Counted from the first letter of the stretch, positions 13,325-28,870 are shown. The stretch is DNA of 64,000 nucleotides from Lytechinus pictus (GCF_037042905.1 NC_087252.1:2294001-2358000); one strand, 5' to 3'. Notes: generated by a model not told the origin, from the letters alone. Numbers and translations are program-made.

Positions 13325-14109
13325 AATGATCAAAGGGTTGCACTGAGGTTTTCGTCAATTGAAACACAAGTAAAAATTGTTTAATAGAAAAATAAACTGT
13401 TTTGCTGTTATATTCCATATACTCCATGTCTGCTTTTACATGTCAGTATTTCAAGAATGTCGAATTTGGTGAATGAGTTTGTTTAAAAAAATATGCACGC
13501 TATTATAATTTAACACGATTTAATTACGCTGTACATTATTTTGTATGAGAAGGCCAGGTCATGATTAATTAATAACACTTGATAATAAAGCTTTTCATAT
13601 TTTCCCCCGATTTATATTAACCAAATTTACTAAGTGACAACCTGATTTATAACATTACTATACGTTTATCAGTAACATTATTTTCTTATCAGTGTCTCTG
13701 TAAAGTCCATTGTTGAAAAAATAAAGGGATTAACCTATGTGGCATTATTTCGTTTCACGAAGTTGCATTTCTTCGAGTATTCCCTTGTGTGAATAAGATA
13801 GCATGTTTGTGATGAAATTACACATTATATTTGCTGATTTGTGATGTAATATATTCCAATAAATTATGAAAAAATGTGTACTATGACACATAGTCCTGTG
13901 AATTGGGGATGCTGAATCACCACCAAGTATTCGCCTCGGGGGTGCTGCGTGTATTATTCCCCATAGGCAGCACCCCCTGAAATTCTGGTAGGTGTAAAAA
14001 ATTGAGAAATGAGACCAAAATGACCCATAATTTTTTAACTTAAACCCCTCCCTCTTTTTTTTTACTTGAATTTCTCTGGACCAGAATAACCTGTATTCTG
14101 TTGTGATTT

Positions 14110-16150
14110 GTTTTCATTTTCAAATTAACTGTTGTCGTTTATAAAATCAAGTTTAAACTCTAATAATCGTATCCAATTAAATTCAAGAGGCAAGCTAAAG
14201 AAATCGTTCCAAAAAAATTAATACAAGGGAGGTCTCTTTCTCCTTTTCGATCATCAAATGATAAAAATGTCTGGCTTTTATGCCATTTATTTCTATACAG
14301 TCACATGTTGATATATTTCAATAGTGCTGGATTTCGATGACATGCTATTTACATTTCGTGCACCATTACGTAATTTGTCAAGCCAGAACTTCGGGAACGC
14401 ATTTTTTATTTTCAACAATTCAAAGGTAGAAAGTAATTATCTTTCTTTAAAAATAGTGCATATTGAATCAATCTTCTTACATTCACCACCTGTTAGGATT
14501 TGTTTAACTTTCAAAATATTGTTTTTTATCCAGTTAGGAAAATATAATACATCTCTTTTATACTTTATTTTACTATTGTACCAAATAATTTCGTTTTCAA
14601 TATTCGTTACTTTAAACATATCAATATACTTTAAATCAGCCCATGAACAGAACATGTCAACATAAAATATGGGCAAACGTTTTTTCATACAAATACGATA
14701 CATATCACTCTTTTTGCAATTAAAAGTCAAACAAAGAGGCAAATCCCCGCCGATGTTCTGAGTCCAATATTCAAACAAGGTTTTCCAAGCACTGTCTTCA
14801 CCTGTCAAATATTTATTGATCCATGATAGACGTAGTGATCGATATTTTGCCTTTAAGTCAACCATTCGTAATCCCCCTTTTTTCAGGATTATGACAGGCA
14901 TAACGTTTCACCATTTTTGTTTTGGAATTCCACAAGAAATTGTAAACTAGTTTATTAATATCTTTGATTATTTTAGAAGGGATTGGTACTGCCGTAGCAG
15001 TATGTATTATCTGTGACATTACTAAAAAATTTATTACCACCACTTTTCCATGTAATGATAATTTTCTCATTTTCCATGAGTCAAGTGTATTTTTTATTTT
15101 TTGAACTTTATTTTCCCAATTGAGAGATTGGACAACGGAATATTTTTTCCAACAAAAACACCAAGACATTTTATAGGATCTTCAGTAAAAAGAAGATTGT
15201 TAGTTTCACTGTTGTTTATATTCATTTTCATAAGATTTGAATTAGTCCAATTGATTTTTGGCCCAGCATATTTTCCAAACGTCTCGACTTCTTTCATTAT
15301 CTTTTTGATGCATTATATAGAATCAGTAAAAATGGTTGTATCGTCTGCATAATGTAAGATACGTATATCTATATCGTTCAATCTATGTTCGAATTTGGAG
15401 CCCTTGTATTTGATTATTTTGTCTAATTTTCTGAGCTAAAACCTCTGCAACAATAATGAATAAATATGCCGAAAGTGGGCAACCTTGCCTTACACCTCTC
15501 TCTATTGCAAATTTATCTGATATCCCAAAAAAAATTAAAACACGTCCACATGCACCGTTATATAACGTTTCTATCCATTTAAAAACGAATCTTTAAAAAT
15601 GAGTTTTTTTTACAAAAAGAATAGGAAATCATGATTAATGGTATCGAAACCTTTTTTGAAATCCAAAAACATCACAACACCTTGTTTCTTCGTAAACACA
15701 CAATAGTCAATCGTATCTTGAATCAATCTAATACATTCAAAAGCAGATCGATTTTTTTTTAAATCCAGCTTGATCTTGTGATATTAGTTTATCTATCACT
15801 TTCTGTAATCGTAAAGAAAGGATACGGGCAGCAAGTTTATAATCAATGTTTAGCAACGAAATAGGGCGCCAATTATGTAAGAGTTTTTTATCACCCTTTT
15901 TATACAATAAGGTAAGTATGCCCTGTCTTTGTGTACAAGACAACTGTTTCTTTTCATGACCTTCATTTAGACTATCAATTACAATATATTTGATTTCCTC
16001 CCAAAAGCATTTATAAAATTCGACGCTGACTCCATCACTCCCAGGTGATTTGTTCAGCTTCATTGACTTTAAGGCCTCAAGACATTCATTTTCTGTAATC
16101 TTTCCTTCACATAATTTTGCATCTACTTCATTCAGAACATATATTTCTTT
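14110..16150 (-). pseudogene. Decayed L1/Tx1-like non-LTR retrotransposon ORF2 (RT) fragment
   Basis: Frameshifted minus-strand pieces contain NKSPGSDG, NWRPISLLNIDYK, RGVRQGCPLS, HYADD, and KKGGLRMVDL...LRLSWI. Confidence 0.85.
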
Positions 16151-16164
16151 AAAAAAAATCATCA

Positions 16165-16770
16165 TTGTGGACCTAACCCCTTTTGCAAGTAAACCGAAAT
16201 GAATCAAATATCTTTTGGTTAAAAAAGTGGTTTTTCTTTGCCACTTTCATTCACGTTTTCATTTGAATTTCAAATTGTCTTTGGTATCATCAGAGTGACA
16301 AAGAATTTAGAGGTCTAGAGACAGAAAACAACATTCATGAAAATGGACCTAACCCCTTTTGACAAATCAGTTCTTCAGAAGAATTTAGTTGCAAAAGGGG
16401 TTAGGCCCACTCCAAGAAAACCATGTTTTTTATTTTCCCACAATGCAATATCTTTATGCGAAACTGAATTTTTATGATACCCTACCATGATAACATAAAA
16501 TTGGGTATGAGAGAAATCTATATTTGAAGATATCCTTTTCCAAAAAAATTATGTGTGGACCTAACCCCCTTTGCAACTAAACTGAAATGGACCTAACCCC
16601 TTTAAAAAAAAAAAAAAGATTTTTCTTTGCCATTTTAGTTCTTTTTAATAGGAATTTCAACTTTTCTTTGGTATCATCTTATGGAGCTACTAAAGATCTA
16701 TACATTAAGACATAAAAATCAAATTTGATGAAAAATGGACCTTACCCTTTTGCAAGTGAGCTCTTCATAT
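16165..16770. repeat. Dispersed repeat with multiple GGACCTAACCCCTTTTGCAA motifs (likely non-autonomous DNA transposon); related copies at ~26575-26655 and ~42370-42905
   Basis: The motif recurs in both orientations, and long similarity between 16165-16745 and 42370-42900 is visible by eye. Confidence 0.65.
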
Positions 16771-17259
16771 TGAAAACAATCGTTAGCATTTATCCTTTTA
16801 TTTTATTTTTAGTGACGCATTAATTACCCCCAACATGCAGTAATGAAGCCGTGGCTCACAGCAATGCACCACGGGGAATGCTTTACTTTCGAGAATTATT
16901 TCTTTAATATTTCCAGTGTTGATGAGGGGAAATTTTGTAATTGAAAGATACGGTACTGTTTTAATTAAGTTGAATATACGTACTTTGGCGATAAAATTAT
17001 ACGGGTGGATGTGGCCATGCACTCATTCTACAAGCGCCGCCACTTCTAAACACTTTTGTGTTTAATATTGAAATATACCCTAGTCACAGACACTGATGTA
17101 GGACTTCGTTGAGGGGGGGGGGGGGGGGTGGGCAATTAAAGAAATTAGCATTAACCCGTTGCGTTGACTTATCTATTCCCCTGTAACATGACCGTTTGTA
17201 CCGACTCCGAAATCATGAACTCTTGCATTTCAGTATCCTATGCTCTCCTGTAAATTCAA

Positions 17260-18498
17260 CCCACTGGGCATTTTACCCGATATTACCCGGGTTGTAACAG
17301 GTAATAACGTAGTTATTACCACGGTAACACCAGTGGGTAGTAACGGGGAAATAGTAGACCAATCTTTCCCCGTTATTACCCGGACCCGATATTACTCCAT
17401 TTACCCAATATTACCCAGTATGATGTAACCGATATTTCCAGCATTTTAATGATATCACCACCTCATATTACTCTGTTTACCCAATATTACCCAATTAATG
17501 TCGGCTCATTAAAAAAACAATTAGTGTCATTAGGGTCATTGAAGCACATTTTTACAACTCCATACTCTAAGCCATATCATCTTATCCTATCCTAAAATCC
17601 TACATCCTAATCCTAATCCTATCCTACACCTATCCACCAAACCCTGTCATTTACTTCTATATATTGAGCGAGTTTACAACACTTGACAAATTATGGTTAA
17701 CAATTATTCAACCCTAAAACATTTTTCTAAAATTAATGTCATGATTATGACTAATATGATATATAAACTACACATTTTTCTGAAAATTTTCTGGGTAGAA
17801 TAATTGCATAAACATAAACACATTAATTATTACAGCTATATTAGCTAAAATTTTGGCCATTTATTGTAGTAATGAATATTCATGAGTAACTAATATTCCC
17901 AGCATTTTCCTGATATTACCATCTGATATTACTCCATTTACCCAATATTAATGGGTTCCGCATGGGTTGGAGGTCTCGTTTCCATCTGAGTCCTATCTGG
18001 GCACCATGTGGGTTCAAGTATATGTTTTCATCTGGGTTCCATGTGGGCCCATATGGGACCCAGATATCCCAGATAAGAACCGTATGTGATCCAGATACTT
18101 TGCTGTCTGGGAATGGAAGCGCTTCAACATTACCCATTACCCCTTATCAACCTGTTTGTAACTGGGTAAAATGTTGGTTTCATCAGGGTGATAACAGTAA
18201 TTTTTTGGACTTTGACAATTTCGCTGGGATTGCTGTAAGATTACTGTTATTACTAAAGTTTGCAATGTTATAACCAATCAAAGTCATTCAACATTACCCT
18301 TATTACCCATCGTCACCCTGTTGTAACTCGGTAAATGTCGGTTTCATCAGGGTGATAACAGTAACAGGTATCAACAGGAATTATAATTTCGGTAATAGCA
18401 TGGTAATAACGGTAATATTTGGTGTTACTCAAATTTCCGGGTGATATTACCGGTAATAACCGGTAAAATTGGTAATCGGTAACAAATTGCCCAGTGGG
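17260..18498. mobile_element. CCC...GGG-terminated non-autonomous DNA element with TTACC-rich subterminal repeats
   Basis: TIR CCCACTGGGCA / TGCCCAGTGGG, AA on both flanks, and many ATTACC/GGTAAT repeats oriented inward. Confidence 0.6.
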
Positions 18499-20754
18499 AA
18501 TCTCCAAAGCTCTCCTTACTTTAATTAAACTAAAATTATTAATCTGAAGATAGGGTGAACACAGAATAAATTAGAACTTAACACGATGAAGTCCAGATCA
18601 GCACTGACTTTACATTCCAATCTAATCTTCTGGGAAGTTCCGCCAATGTACCCACATTGGATAATCATATAAATCAACCAATCAAATACAAGGAAAATGG
18701 TATGAACTATAAAATGAACTAACCCTATTTAAAAATAAGAACCAATCAGAGAAAATAGAAGGGTGATCATGAGTTTAACTGAATCCTAATGATAATTAAA
18801 CAATAAGACCATGTGGAGTGGAAAGCTAATGGAACACCAGGAAGCATGACTGAGGGGAAACTGAATGAAAGAATGAGATGCAATGAACCTGTGTTGCTAT
18901 GTGAGATGTATAGTGGAGATGGAATGTAAGATGAGATCATGACAATGTATGTGGACTGTGAGGATGGAAAGAAGGATGATATGAGTTGGAATGGAAATAA
19001 ACAAGTTGAATGTAAACAATAAAGTATGGAAAGCCAAATGTAAGAGTACAGATTAAAGAAATAAACCCAGCAAAATTTACTGTTACACCCCCAATGTGTT
19101 TGGCCCACTGGGCAAATTTATTTACAATAAATGAAATGAATAATGCAAATGCTGGCTACATCAATTAGTACGAGCGCTGACATAATTTATTAAAAGTGTC
19201 AATTAGGAGTCTGTATTTGCAGACTAAACTTCAACCTCTTCCAGGTCCAGTATGCCCTTACGTAAGTACTCGAAACAGGCATCCAAAGATTATTGGCATT
19301 AATCAATAAGTAAGATATTGACAATGCGTGCGAGACACTACCTAAAGTAAATATCGATTGTCCAACGGCTTTTCCCATAAGACGTACCAATAATCTAAAG
19401 GTGCATAATTAAGTGGTCATTCACTGCCAATGCATGAGCACTGTCTTAGCTGTATTGCCAACGGGACCTGTGTTGTTATATTCAGTGTACTATTAAGTGG
19501 TTAAGGAAAAAATACTTTAACTCGTATTTCCCCAGTATGTACGCCTGCATGCAACATTAAATTGGTCTCATCCACCAGCACTTATCCGCCTATACCTTGC
19601 AATAAAAAAATTACCTAGCAGAACTTAAACGTTTACCTTCCAACACCAAGTATTACTTGAGGAGAATGTAATAGGGTGTGGAAAAGGCCCAGAAGGAAAG
19701 ACAACAACGACAAATTGGTGAGTTTTTAAATTTTTTTTTAATTTTAGGATGTTTAGATATATATATACTTTTTTTTTAATTCGTCACGTTTGTCCAAAGC
19801 TTCTGCTATTTGATTTGTTTCCTATTACAGGTCCTACATTGTTTAATTCATACTAGATATTTAGCTCAAAAATATATTCTTAACGTCAATCCCGGACTGG
19901 CGTTAGTCGAATAGCAACCAGATACGACATAAACATCTGACGAATATTGGTTTCAAATTTATCGTTTGCATTAATTTCTTATAAACTTGATTACTCCTTC
20001 GTCTGGAAACAGTACAGCCCACCGTCTGGTGCATTGTCGCACTGTAGAGAATTTTCTCGTCAGGTACAATTGAGAATTTGCATATAAAAAAGGCCCAAGT
20101 CCATAGGAGGTCATTTCGAGTAAATCGAAAAAATAATATTTTTTAGATTTGGACAATTAAATTATATTTGGCCAAAAGACTTCACAGAGCATCACAAAAA
20201 TAAGTGTACATTTGTGTACATGTATAAACATTAATATTCACGTTACTTCTGGGCGGGGCCTTTTGTCTGATTGACTTGGGTCGTTTTTAGAATCATATGG
20301 ACTTGGGCCATTCTTACATTCATATACATGGTAGACTTCCATAGTATAGTAGTAGAATTAATGAGAGAGAGTGTGCATTGATATGAATGTAAGAAAAGCA
20401 CAAGTCTTAGACTTGGGCTTGTCTTACACTCATACCAGATTTTTCTGAGATTATCATTTATCATTATCATTATCATTTACACACAAGATGAAATATTGTA
20501 TAAGGATCAACTGACCATATTTAAGTCAATTTCGCCATAGATTGGACTTGGGCCGTTTAAACATTCACATACTCAATTAGATTTGTCCATAAAAGACCGT
20601 TGCGATTTAAATTCTTTTTATACACAAGAAGCTGTTGATAAAATAATCAGCATCAAACTTATTGGAATGTTGCTCTATTATTTTCAGCGTTTTCTATTTA
20701 CCTCAGTCAGTTATGCTTTCCTCACTTTTACTTCAGTGTACTTTATCCATGTGT

Positions 20755-21033
20755 GGAGCATTGTGGCCCAGTGGACTCGTCTTCGGACTTTGAAACAGAG
20801 GGTCGTGGGTTCCAATCCCAGCCATGGCGTAATTTTCTTCGGCAAGAAATCTATCCACATTGTGCTGCACTCGACCCAGGTGAGGTAAATGGGTACCTGG
20901 CCGGAATTTATTCCTTATGTAAAAGGCTGCGGGGCTAGATCCAGGGTAGTAATATCCAAGTTAGCACATAGGAACGCATTTGGCAGTGATATGCGCTATA
21001 TAAGCATGTTGGTATTATTATTATTATTATTAT
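20755..21033 (+). mobile_element. tRNA-derived SINE
   Basis: A-box TGGCCCAGTGG, B-box GGTTCCAATCCC, core CTCGACCCAGGTGAGGTAAATGGGTACC, and a (TTA)n tail. Confidence 0.75.
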
Positions 21034-21765
21034 ACAGATCGTGTATGACTGAATTAACTAATTTCCTATTCACACAAGCTGTAATTGGGAATAAATTACC
21101 TATAAATACCGCTCGGCTTTGAAAGAACAAGTCAATCGAAACGTTATCAGTGGATAATGGATATGGTAGTGCAAATAGTAGTAATAATCATAATAATGTT
21201 TATAGTAATTATAATAATGAAAATAGTGATGATTATAATAATGATAATAATACTTATAGTAAGTAATATAATAATAATATTTGGTATTTGCATACTGCAC
21301 ATATCTACCGTGTTACTTTGGTGCTCTAGGCTCTCCTATAGCTCATTAGACTACAAAATTAATTTAGACCCACATCTGCAGTGTATGTACCACAGCTGAT
21401 TCAACTTACCCTCATTCGTTTTTCATTCATTTTGAGTACTTTGTATACAATTAATTTCTTTACTTTTCATGTTTTGTTTACTTCAATTTTGCTATTGATA
21501 ATTTTGCATTATTTCCTTGTTTGGTTGTATTATATTTTCCGGGGGGGGTGTACTCATGTTCATTTTTATTTTGCATTGTTCACGGTCTTGATGAAAAACA
21601 GTTTTTGGCTCAAAACAGAGTTTTAAATCGAACTACCTTACGACATGTACGACGGGCCTGGTTATCATAATGCGAGAGCCATAATTATTGAAGAGAAATG
21701 AACTATTCGACCTCATGTCTTTAATGTATTTAAATTTCTCGCCATACTTATCCAGGTCTTCTACG

Positions 21766-24700
21766 ATGAAATCAGTCCGAAGATTCGCAGGCCTTGTCAC
21801 ATTGGGAGGAATAGCATCTGTGTTGTTACTTCTGAACTTAAAAGATCCGACAACATTCAAACCTATAACGGAGGATAATAGCGAGAAAATTATAACACCT
21901 TCAGCACATCCATTGTAAGTAACTTGAGAAATCACCATCACAGTGGATATCATGAGGATGACATGCGTAAGAACCTGGGACTTACATAGTAAATAGCTGT
22001 TTAAAATTTAATACAAAGCTGTTTACAATATGGACCATCAGTATTTGTTTAAATAGTTACGATAAGCATGATAAGTGTTTTAAATCTTAAACCGAATAAA
22101 TTAAGCGTAGTTTAATTTGTGAAACAACTCTTGTTAGGTTTAATAGTGAACATCGTTTTAAAAATTTTAAACAGCGTTTTTACTCTGATAATCGAGGCCG
22201 GTCTCAAGGCGACATTGTGTCGTCTTTCGTCTTGGTCTCTATATGTGTAAAGTGTTCAAAGTCTATGGAATAATGCTTTCTCAAGCGACCTTGTGAGTCG
22301 GAAGTACCAGCCTTGACTTGCATGGTCAAAACCCTCTATATGACTTGAGCTTTAGGCTGTCATTGCCATTCAAACAATATCACAGCCATTCCCCTTGTAT
22401 ACGACAAATAAATGGGACATGCTTAAGGATGTGGTATCGGACTGTAACTATTACGTCACAATCTATCAAAAATTATCGATTGACTAATTATGTAAATTGG
22501 AATTCAACTCCTTATGAAATTTCAATATAAACTAATATATTTGTAGCAAACGATGCTTTCATTTTAAAATTGTCACCATAAAACATGTATAAAACATGTA
22601 TTTTGTATTTCTCCAAATCAAATATTAAGTCTCCTCACCACAAAGTCAAAGTAAAAATAAATAATTTATATTTGAACGTTTCAAAGTCAGTAAAATTCCT
22701 TGGAGTTTTACTGGATGATCAACTTTCTTTTCGAGACCATCGCATGAATTTACTTAATAAGATTTCCAAGAATGTTGGTATCATCAGTAAATTACGTTCT
22801 ATTTTACCCGAAAAACAATTATTTATGTTGTACAACTCACTTGTACTTCCTTTTATCTATTATTGTAATATTACTTGGGGAAACATAGGAAAAAATCAAT
22901 TAGAACCCTTTCATAAATTGCAGAAAAAAGCCTTACGTATCTGTACTAAATATTCCTATTATGCATCATCTGCCCCCCTCTTTTTTGAATTAAAAACACT
23001 AAATATTTATCATATTTATGAATTTAAAGTTGCAGTTTTGATGTATTATATTAAACAGGAAATGGCACCTGTAAACATAATGATTTTTTTAAATTATAAT
23101 AATGATTTTCACCAGTATAATACTCGTTCAGCTTCTCATTTTCATCTTCCACTGACCTCTAATAATCAAATTCATAATTCTTTTAAACATGCAGGACCTA
23201 GAATTTATAACAATTTAGATCCTATAATTCGTTCTTGTTCAACTGCCTCCTCATTTAAAATTTTACTTAAAAGACAATTAATTAGTGGTTATTCATCTTG
23301 ATTCCCTTTCCCTTTTCTAAACATACATGTGTACCCTCCTCCCCCCTCTCTCCTCTCTCTTTCTCTCTCTCTCCTTTGTTTGAGTGCAATGGGTCATGGA
23401 TGTGTGTTGGGTGTGGGTGATTCTGTGTTTGATGTATGAATATATAATGATTACGTTATGATTATTTGAATACCTGTAAAGGGGCAACTGCCTAACAAGA
23501 TTTTAATATTTTTGGTTGCCTCTTACCATATGTTGATTTTTCTTTTACATGAATGTATAAATTATATTTATTTGTTGTATATTAATTTTTTTTTGTATGT
23601 TTTGTCACATTTATGCATTTATATACATGTATTATGTTATTTTACATTGTATTTAAATATTTTTATATGGTTAATAAATGAATTGAATTGAATTGATGTC
23701 ATGGTAAATACAGATGGGGTTCGTTTCTTTAGATCTTGCTCGGTGAGAATTTTTTTTTTAATGAAATCTAATTTGAAAAAAAAAAAACAGAGTGAAGATT
23801 ACCAACTAAGAAAAGCACGCATGTGACAGTAAATTATCACTGCTTGAAACATAGGTCCGATATCTAGCTGAAATGCCATGAATGTGTTGTACATTTCTGA
23901 GAAATTAAACAACTTCTACCATTCTACGCCCCCCCCCCCCCGGGGGACCATGTTGACAAATATCAAACATGAAATATCTTTAGATTTACCCAAAATATAA
24001 TGGGGTTTTATTTTATTTTTTTTCTCCCTACAGTCGGATCGCACCAGGTTCTCTTCGACACCTTGCCAACGCCACAGCGAGCCAGGCCCATTCGGGTAAA
24101 GATGAAACCGGAACCTCTACTGAAAAAATAACACATTCCGACTCACCATCTAGTACGAACACGAGCAACGAACATGGGATCGTCGATAGATTTTTAAAAG
24201 ACCAACAGATCATTGGAAAAGACCCACATGGTGGGATGACGATCTCGGACACCCCGAGTCCCTCTTTGGGTAGACATGGGGACAACTCAAGTGGACCGGA
24301 AATGCGTGATGAAACTAAATGCATCCCTCGAAAGAACATGATGTACCTTAAAACTCACAAGACCGGGAGCTCTACATTACAGAATATCATTTATCGCTAT
24401 GGTGATGATCATGGGCTGACGTTTGCCCTTCCAAAAACAGGTGTATACCTTGGGACGCCCTCATTGTTCAAAAGGACATTTCCCATCCCGTCACCAACAG
24501 GAAAATACAACATGCTTGCTAATCATGCAAGATATAATCGTCACGGTGAGTATACCGTAAGGAGATATTGTAACCGCGACGCAGAACAAATTCAAGAACA
24601 TAAAAAATACGTGATCAAATACCCTTCGTGACAATGAACAACCAAGAAGTCTTTGTCGAGTACTGGGGAATCAAAATGGCAGTTTCGTTCTGAACTCTGG

Positions 24701-25933
24701 ACAAACGACAGAATTATTTGCGATTTTTCGTCAGATCAGAAACCTAGATTGAACTGCTGTTTCGGTTCGTTCTGCGTGGTGGTGCAAACAAATCCGCTAT
24801 TCAAGCAAACACAAAAAGTTATCAAAACGTTCTATTACCAAATAAACGTTCATAAGACGCTTAGACAACGTTTAAAACGCTTTGTGTTTGCTCTGTGATT
24901 AATTCATTTCAATGTATTTCCAATTTCTTTAACAAATGCGCATGCTAATTTTACCTTCTCTAGTGCTGAGTAGCTCCTATTTTAAATTGTATCTACATGT
25001 ATATTTTCAGAACTGCTTCTACAACTGCTGCTGCTGAAGTTTCTGACGTCAATAATGAAATTAAAACCTCGACTCGTAGCATTGAATAAAAGATTTGGCA
25101 GTGTATTCTAGAAGATAAGACAAAGTAGCCCTTATTTTTTTTAACATATTTCTTGAACTTTTATTCATATCTTATTATTCCCCTCTTTCACCATAGAAAT
25201 GGCGAAAATCATGTACAAGAACGCAGCGTATGTGACCATAATCCGGCATCCCTCAACTCAGTTTGAAAGTATGTATTCCTACTATGGATTTAAAGGTACC
25301 TTCAAGGTGGACCTTGAAGGGTTTGCGGACAAACCACAGAATTATTTTCGAAGACAGAGTACTACTCCTTCACATAGTGCCCTTAACCCAACGCTTTATG
25401 ACCTAGGAATGTCCAAACTGCAGATGAACAATGATGGCGCTATTCGGAATAAAATCACTACTTTGGGGAATGATTTCGATTTAGTCCTAGTTGCAGAGCA
25501 TCTTTTAGAATCGTTAGTTCTCTTAAAGGAGTTAATGTGCTGGGATTTGAGCGATGTGACGTTTTTCTCAGCCAATGCAAGAACGAAATCAGAAGTGGAC
25601 AAAATGTCCAAGAGAACGTTTGAACAACTTTACAAATGGAACCACGGTGATGCCCTTCTGTATGAACATTTTAACCAAACGCTTTGGACGAAGATAAAGG
25701 CATACGGTCAGGAAAGAATGGACAGAGACGTCAGGACGTTAGATAAAATGAACAAAGCACTAAAAGAAAAATGTCTTGATGGGACCAAAGCTGAAATGAG
25801 TGTCTCTGCATTAGTTAGCCGTTATGTTGTACGCCTAAGTATGAAGGATAACATTGAGTGCGTTAGAATGATCCGACCGGCCATTCAGTATCTAGAGTCA
25901 CTAAAAAAGAAACAAAGGATACCGGCTGGGTGA
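21766..25933 (+). CDS. Galactose-3-O-sulfotransferase-like type II membrane sulfotransferase, copy 1; exons 21766-21914, 24034-24545, 25197-25933
   Basis: N-terminal signal-anchor MKSVRRFAGLVTLGGIASVLLLL, 5'-PSB loop YLKTHKTGSST, 3'-PB motif IIRHPSTQFES, FDLVLVAE, and WNHGDALLYEHFN. Splice phases 2 and 1 join in frame at canonical sites. Confidence 0.88.
22585..23696 (+). mobile_element. 5'-truncated CR1/L2-group LINE (ORF2 C-terminus and 3' UTR) in the first coding intron of sulfotransferase copy 1
   Basis: ORF 22585-23301 contains VKFLGVLLDDQLSF, LYNSLVLPFIYYC..WG, LQKKALRIC and SAPLFFELKTL. The element ends with AATAAA followed by a (AATTG)n tail. Confidence 0.8.
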
Positions 25934-27882
25934 GACATTGGTTATGACCAGCAACCCCAAAACCACCAATGAGTAGCCCTAAATGAATCTAAGATTCTTA
26001 ATGAGCTTGGAGATGCACCTCACAGGCTTTAAAAATATATATAACTTGTCTTAATTGATCAGTAATATCCCAACGAATTTTTTATACAATGCTCAAGAAC
26101 TCCAACATGGTCTTAAAAAAGCGAGGTTTTAATTTCTAGGTGGCACGCATGAGGTTTGCACACTGAGTAATTTCTATGAAACTTCCAATTTGTCCTCAAA
26201 AATTGTGTAAAAGCAAGTCTTTGATCTTATCTTTTATTTCAAACTTCAACTAAAGAAGAGGAATTTATCATTCCGTCAGCTTACTTTTTGATCATGTTAA
26301 TAATTGCTTCCTGAAACGCGAAGTACTGTTTGGATATTGAGCGAAAAACCTTCCCTGGCGACTAATTGTTGCTTTGTTGGGTGGCTGGTCAGATATTGCC
26401 TAAATGTGCCGTTTTTATTATCCTTCACACGAAAATAAATTTTAAATTTTCAGATATAGAATTATTTGTGTTTTCTAATATTTTATGTGTCTCAATAGTT
26501 CATTCATTTTGGGGGGTAATTTTCCTTTTAAGGATAGTTGACAAGGAGATAAAAGAGACAAAGAGGTAATGTATTGCAGTTCCAACAATAAAAAACATGT
26601 TTTTTCTTGGAATGGTCCAAAGTGGACCTAACCCCTTTTGCAACTAAACTCTTCATATACATAATTTATGTACTAATACTTAATATGTATCTTCGTCCGG
26701 AGGGGGGTGGGGCTTCTCCCGCAACGTTCTCCAGAAACAATATCCAGTCCAACTGTTATGAGATTAAACAAATGTTACATTTCATTTGTCACAGTCTGGC
26801 AGGGTCCGATGTACAATCGAGATTTAGGCAAATTGTTTTAATATACGCTCTAATATGATGACAGCAGGTGCTTTGATATCAAAACTTTTATGCAGCGGTT
26901 GTTGTTCCCACAGACCGCGAATTAAACTGCGTAAAAGCAGCTTATATAAACATAATAACAAATAAAGAAAGGGATAAAAGAAAAGAATAAAGGAAGGAGA
27001 AATCAAAAAGCTAACAAATATGTAAGCAACTATTAATTATTTTTAATACATGTGGCAATACTGACTGGTTGGCGCAAAAACAAGGGTAGAAGAGGCTGTT
27101 TTAAATATTAGGGTCTTCATTATACAAGGCATTGAAGGTATGATATTAAGAGATTAATAAACATGGTTAATACATACTCCTAATCTTTATTAGATCCATC
27201 ATTCAAATCAAAATATAAAAATAAAAAATAGATTTTCCAAAATAAATTTAAACAAATTGACCTATTATTGAACTTTATTATTCATTCAGTTAAAAAATAC
27301 ATTATCCAGGAAAATATTACATAAATTATAATTAAACATTGATTGCAGGTGAGCAGAATACTAAATAAAAACATTATAGAATATGATATTTCAATGAGTT
27401 TGCAACTAAGAAACAGAATAAAAGAAAATAAACAATCAAGACCTAACAATCCTGATCGATTTCAAATAAGCCAGTTCACGGTTAGCTCATGATCATCTTT
27501 TCTCAAATAACCTTTGTGATTTTTCATTAGGATAAGCACTATCATTTTCAAAAGTAGGTGTTGCGTAAGGCATTGTATAGACCAGGTGACTAGAATAGTA
27601 CATCAGGGATAAAGTTTGGAAATCTGTTTTATTGTCTGCCTTTGACACATTTGACTATTGTTTAGGCTACTGTCAAATAACAGTGATTATGAATGCTCTA
27701 TTTATTACTCTTCAGCTTGGATGTGATAAAATGAATATTTTGAAAGCAATACATGAATAATCATCAAATCACAAATGCCTATGTCAGTGAATTTGAAAGC
27801 AGCATTCATGGTTTATCTCAAATGACCCTTTTCTGCTCGTGCGCAGTTTACAATCGTAAACAGGCTTATTAGGTAGGACTAA

Positions 27883-28045
27883 TACCATGGTCACATTTAC
27901 TCTACGGCGGCCGTACGGCGAGTCGAAAACAGCCGTTTTATTCATTTTTGTACAAACCACCTCTATGTAGCTCGTACATAAAATGTGAAACGGCTGTTTT
28001 TGACTCGCCGTACGGCCGCCGTAGAGCAAATGTGACCAAGGTATA
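27883..28045. mobile_element. ~160-bp hairpin MITE; related copies at ~42914-43160
   Basis: Arms GGTCACATTTACTCTACGGCGGCCGTACGGCGAGTCGAAAACAGCCG and its near-perfect reverse complement. Confidence 0.75.
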
Positions 28046-28870
28046 AGAGTCGAACTTAAATGTCCAGTTTCGTGCTGCATAAAAGGCCTTGCCGCATTGG
28101 TCAAATCGTGCAAAGAGGACGCGCTACTGCAGGTATATCATGGAGATAAAATTATATTTTACGAGAGGATGTACTCCTTCCAAATATGAACGATATGAAA
28201 CGCACAGCCTCCATCATCTTGAAGAGGGCAAATGGAAAAAAAAAAAAACATTGATCAATAATATGACTTTACATGATAATATCAGATTTTCACTGTTTTG
28301 CAATATATCTTTTTTTTAATTCAATGCTATATGCAGCGTGAAAATCACAAGCCCGAGCATCAAGGTATGTTCTTTGATAAAATGCGTACAGTTTCTTAAA
28401 TGAGATGGACTGAACCTCCAAAATAAGGGGGGGGGCGATAAGTGTAGAATAGATCCAATATGAGCATACTGTCTATGAGGGGAAAATCTTCTTTATATTA
28501 GGGAAAAGCATAAATGTGTGTAAAATATCTCTTACCAACCGAACAAAAATACATAGGCCAATTGCAAGCAAGATCCTTTTTGAATTGCCTTAAATTCGCA
28601 TTACAACCAATTTTTGATGCTTTAAGACAACATTAGGCAGAATATGAGAATTCATGACATTTTAACAGGGTCAATAGTGTTAATACAAAGCATCTGTATG
28701 GTGTAAATTCAAAAGCTTGTGCGTTACATATAATACGTGCGCGTCAGCAATGAGCATGACTCTAACCCACACTTAAGTCTTTGTGAAACACCTTTGTCAA
28801 AACGAACAGGATTTTTTTTTTTTTTTTTTTATTCAGACACGTGTACACGCAAGCCTCAATTATGCACAAT

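Noticed and set aside
20755-20830. Possible tRNA gene (also at ~9336-9410)
   Set aside because: The tRNA-like head runs into a shared SINE core and a simple-repeat tail, so these are SINEs.
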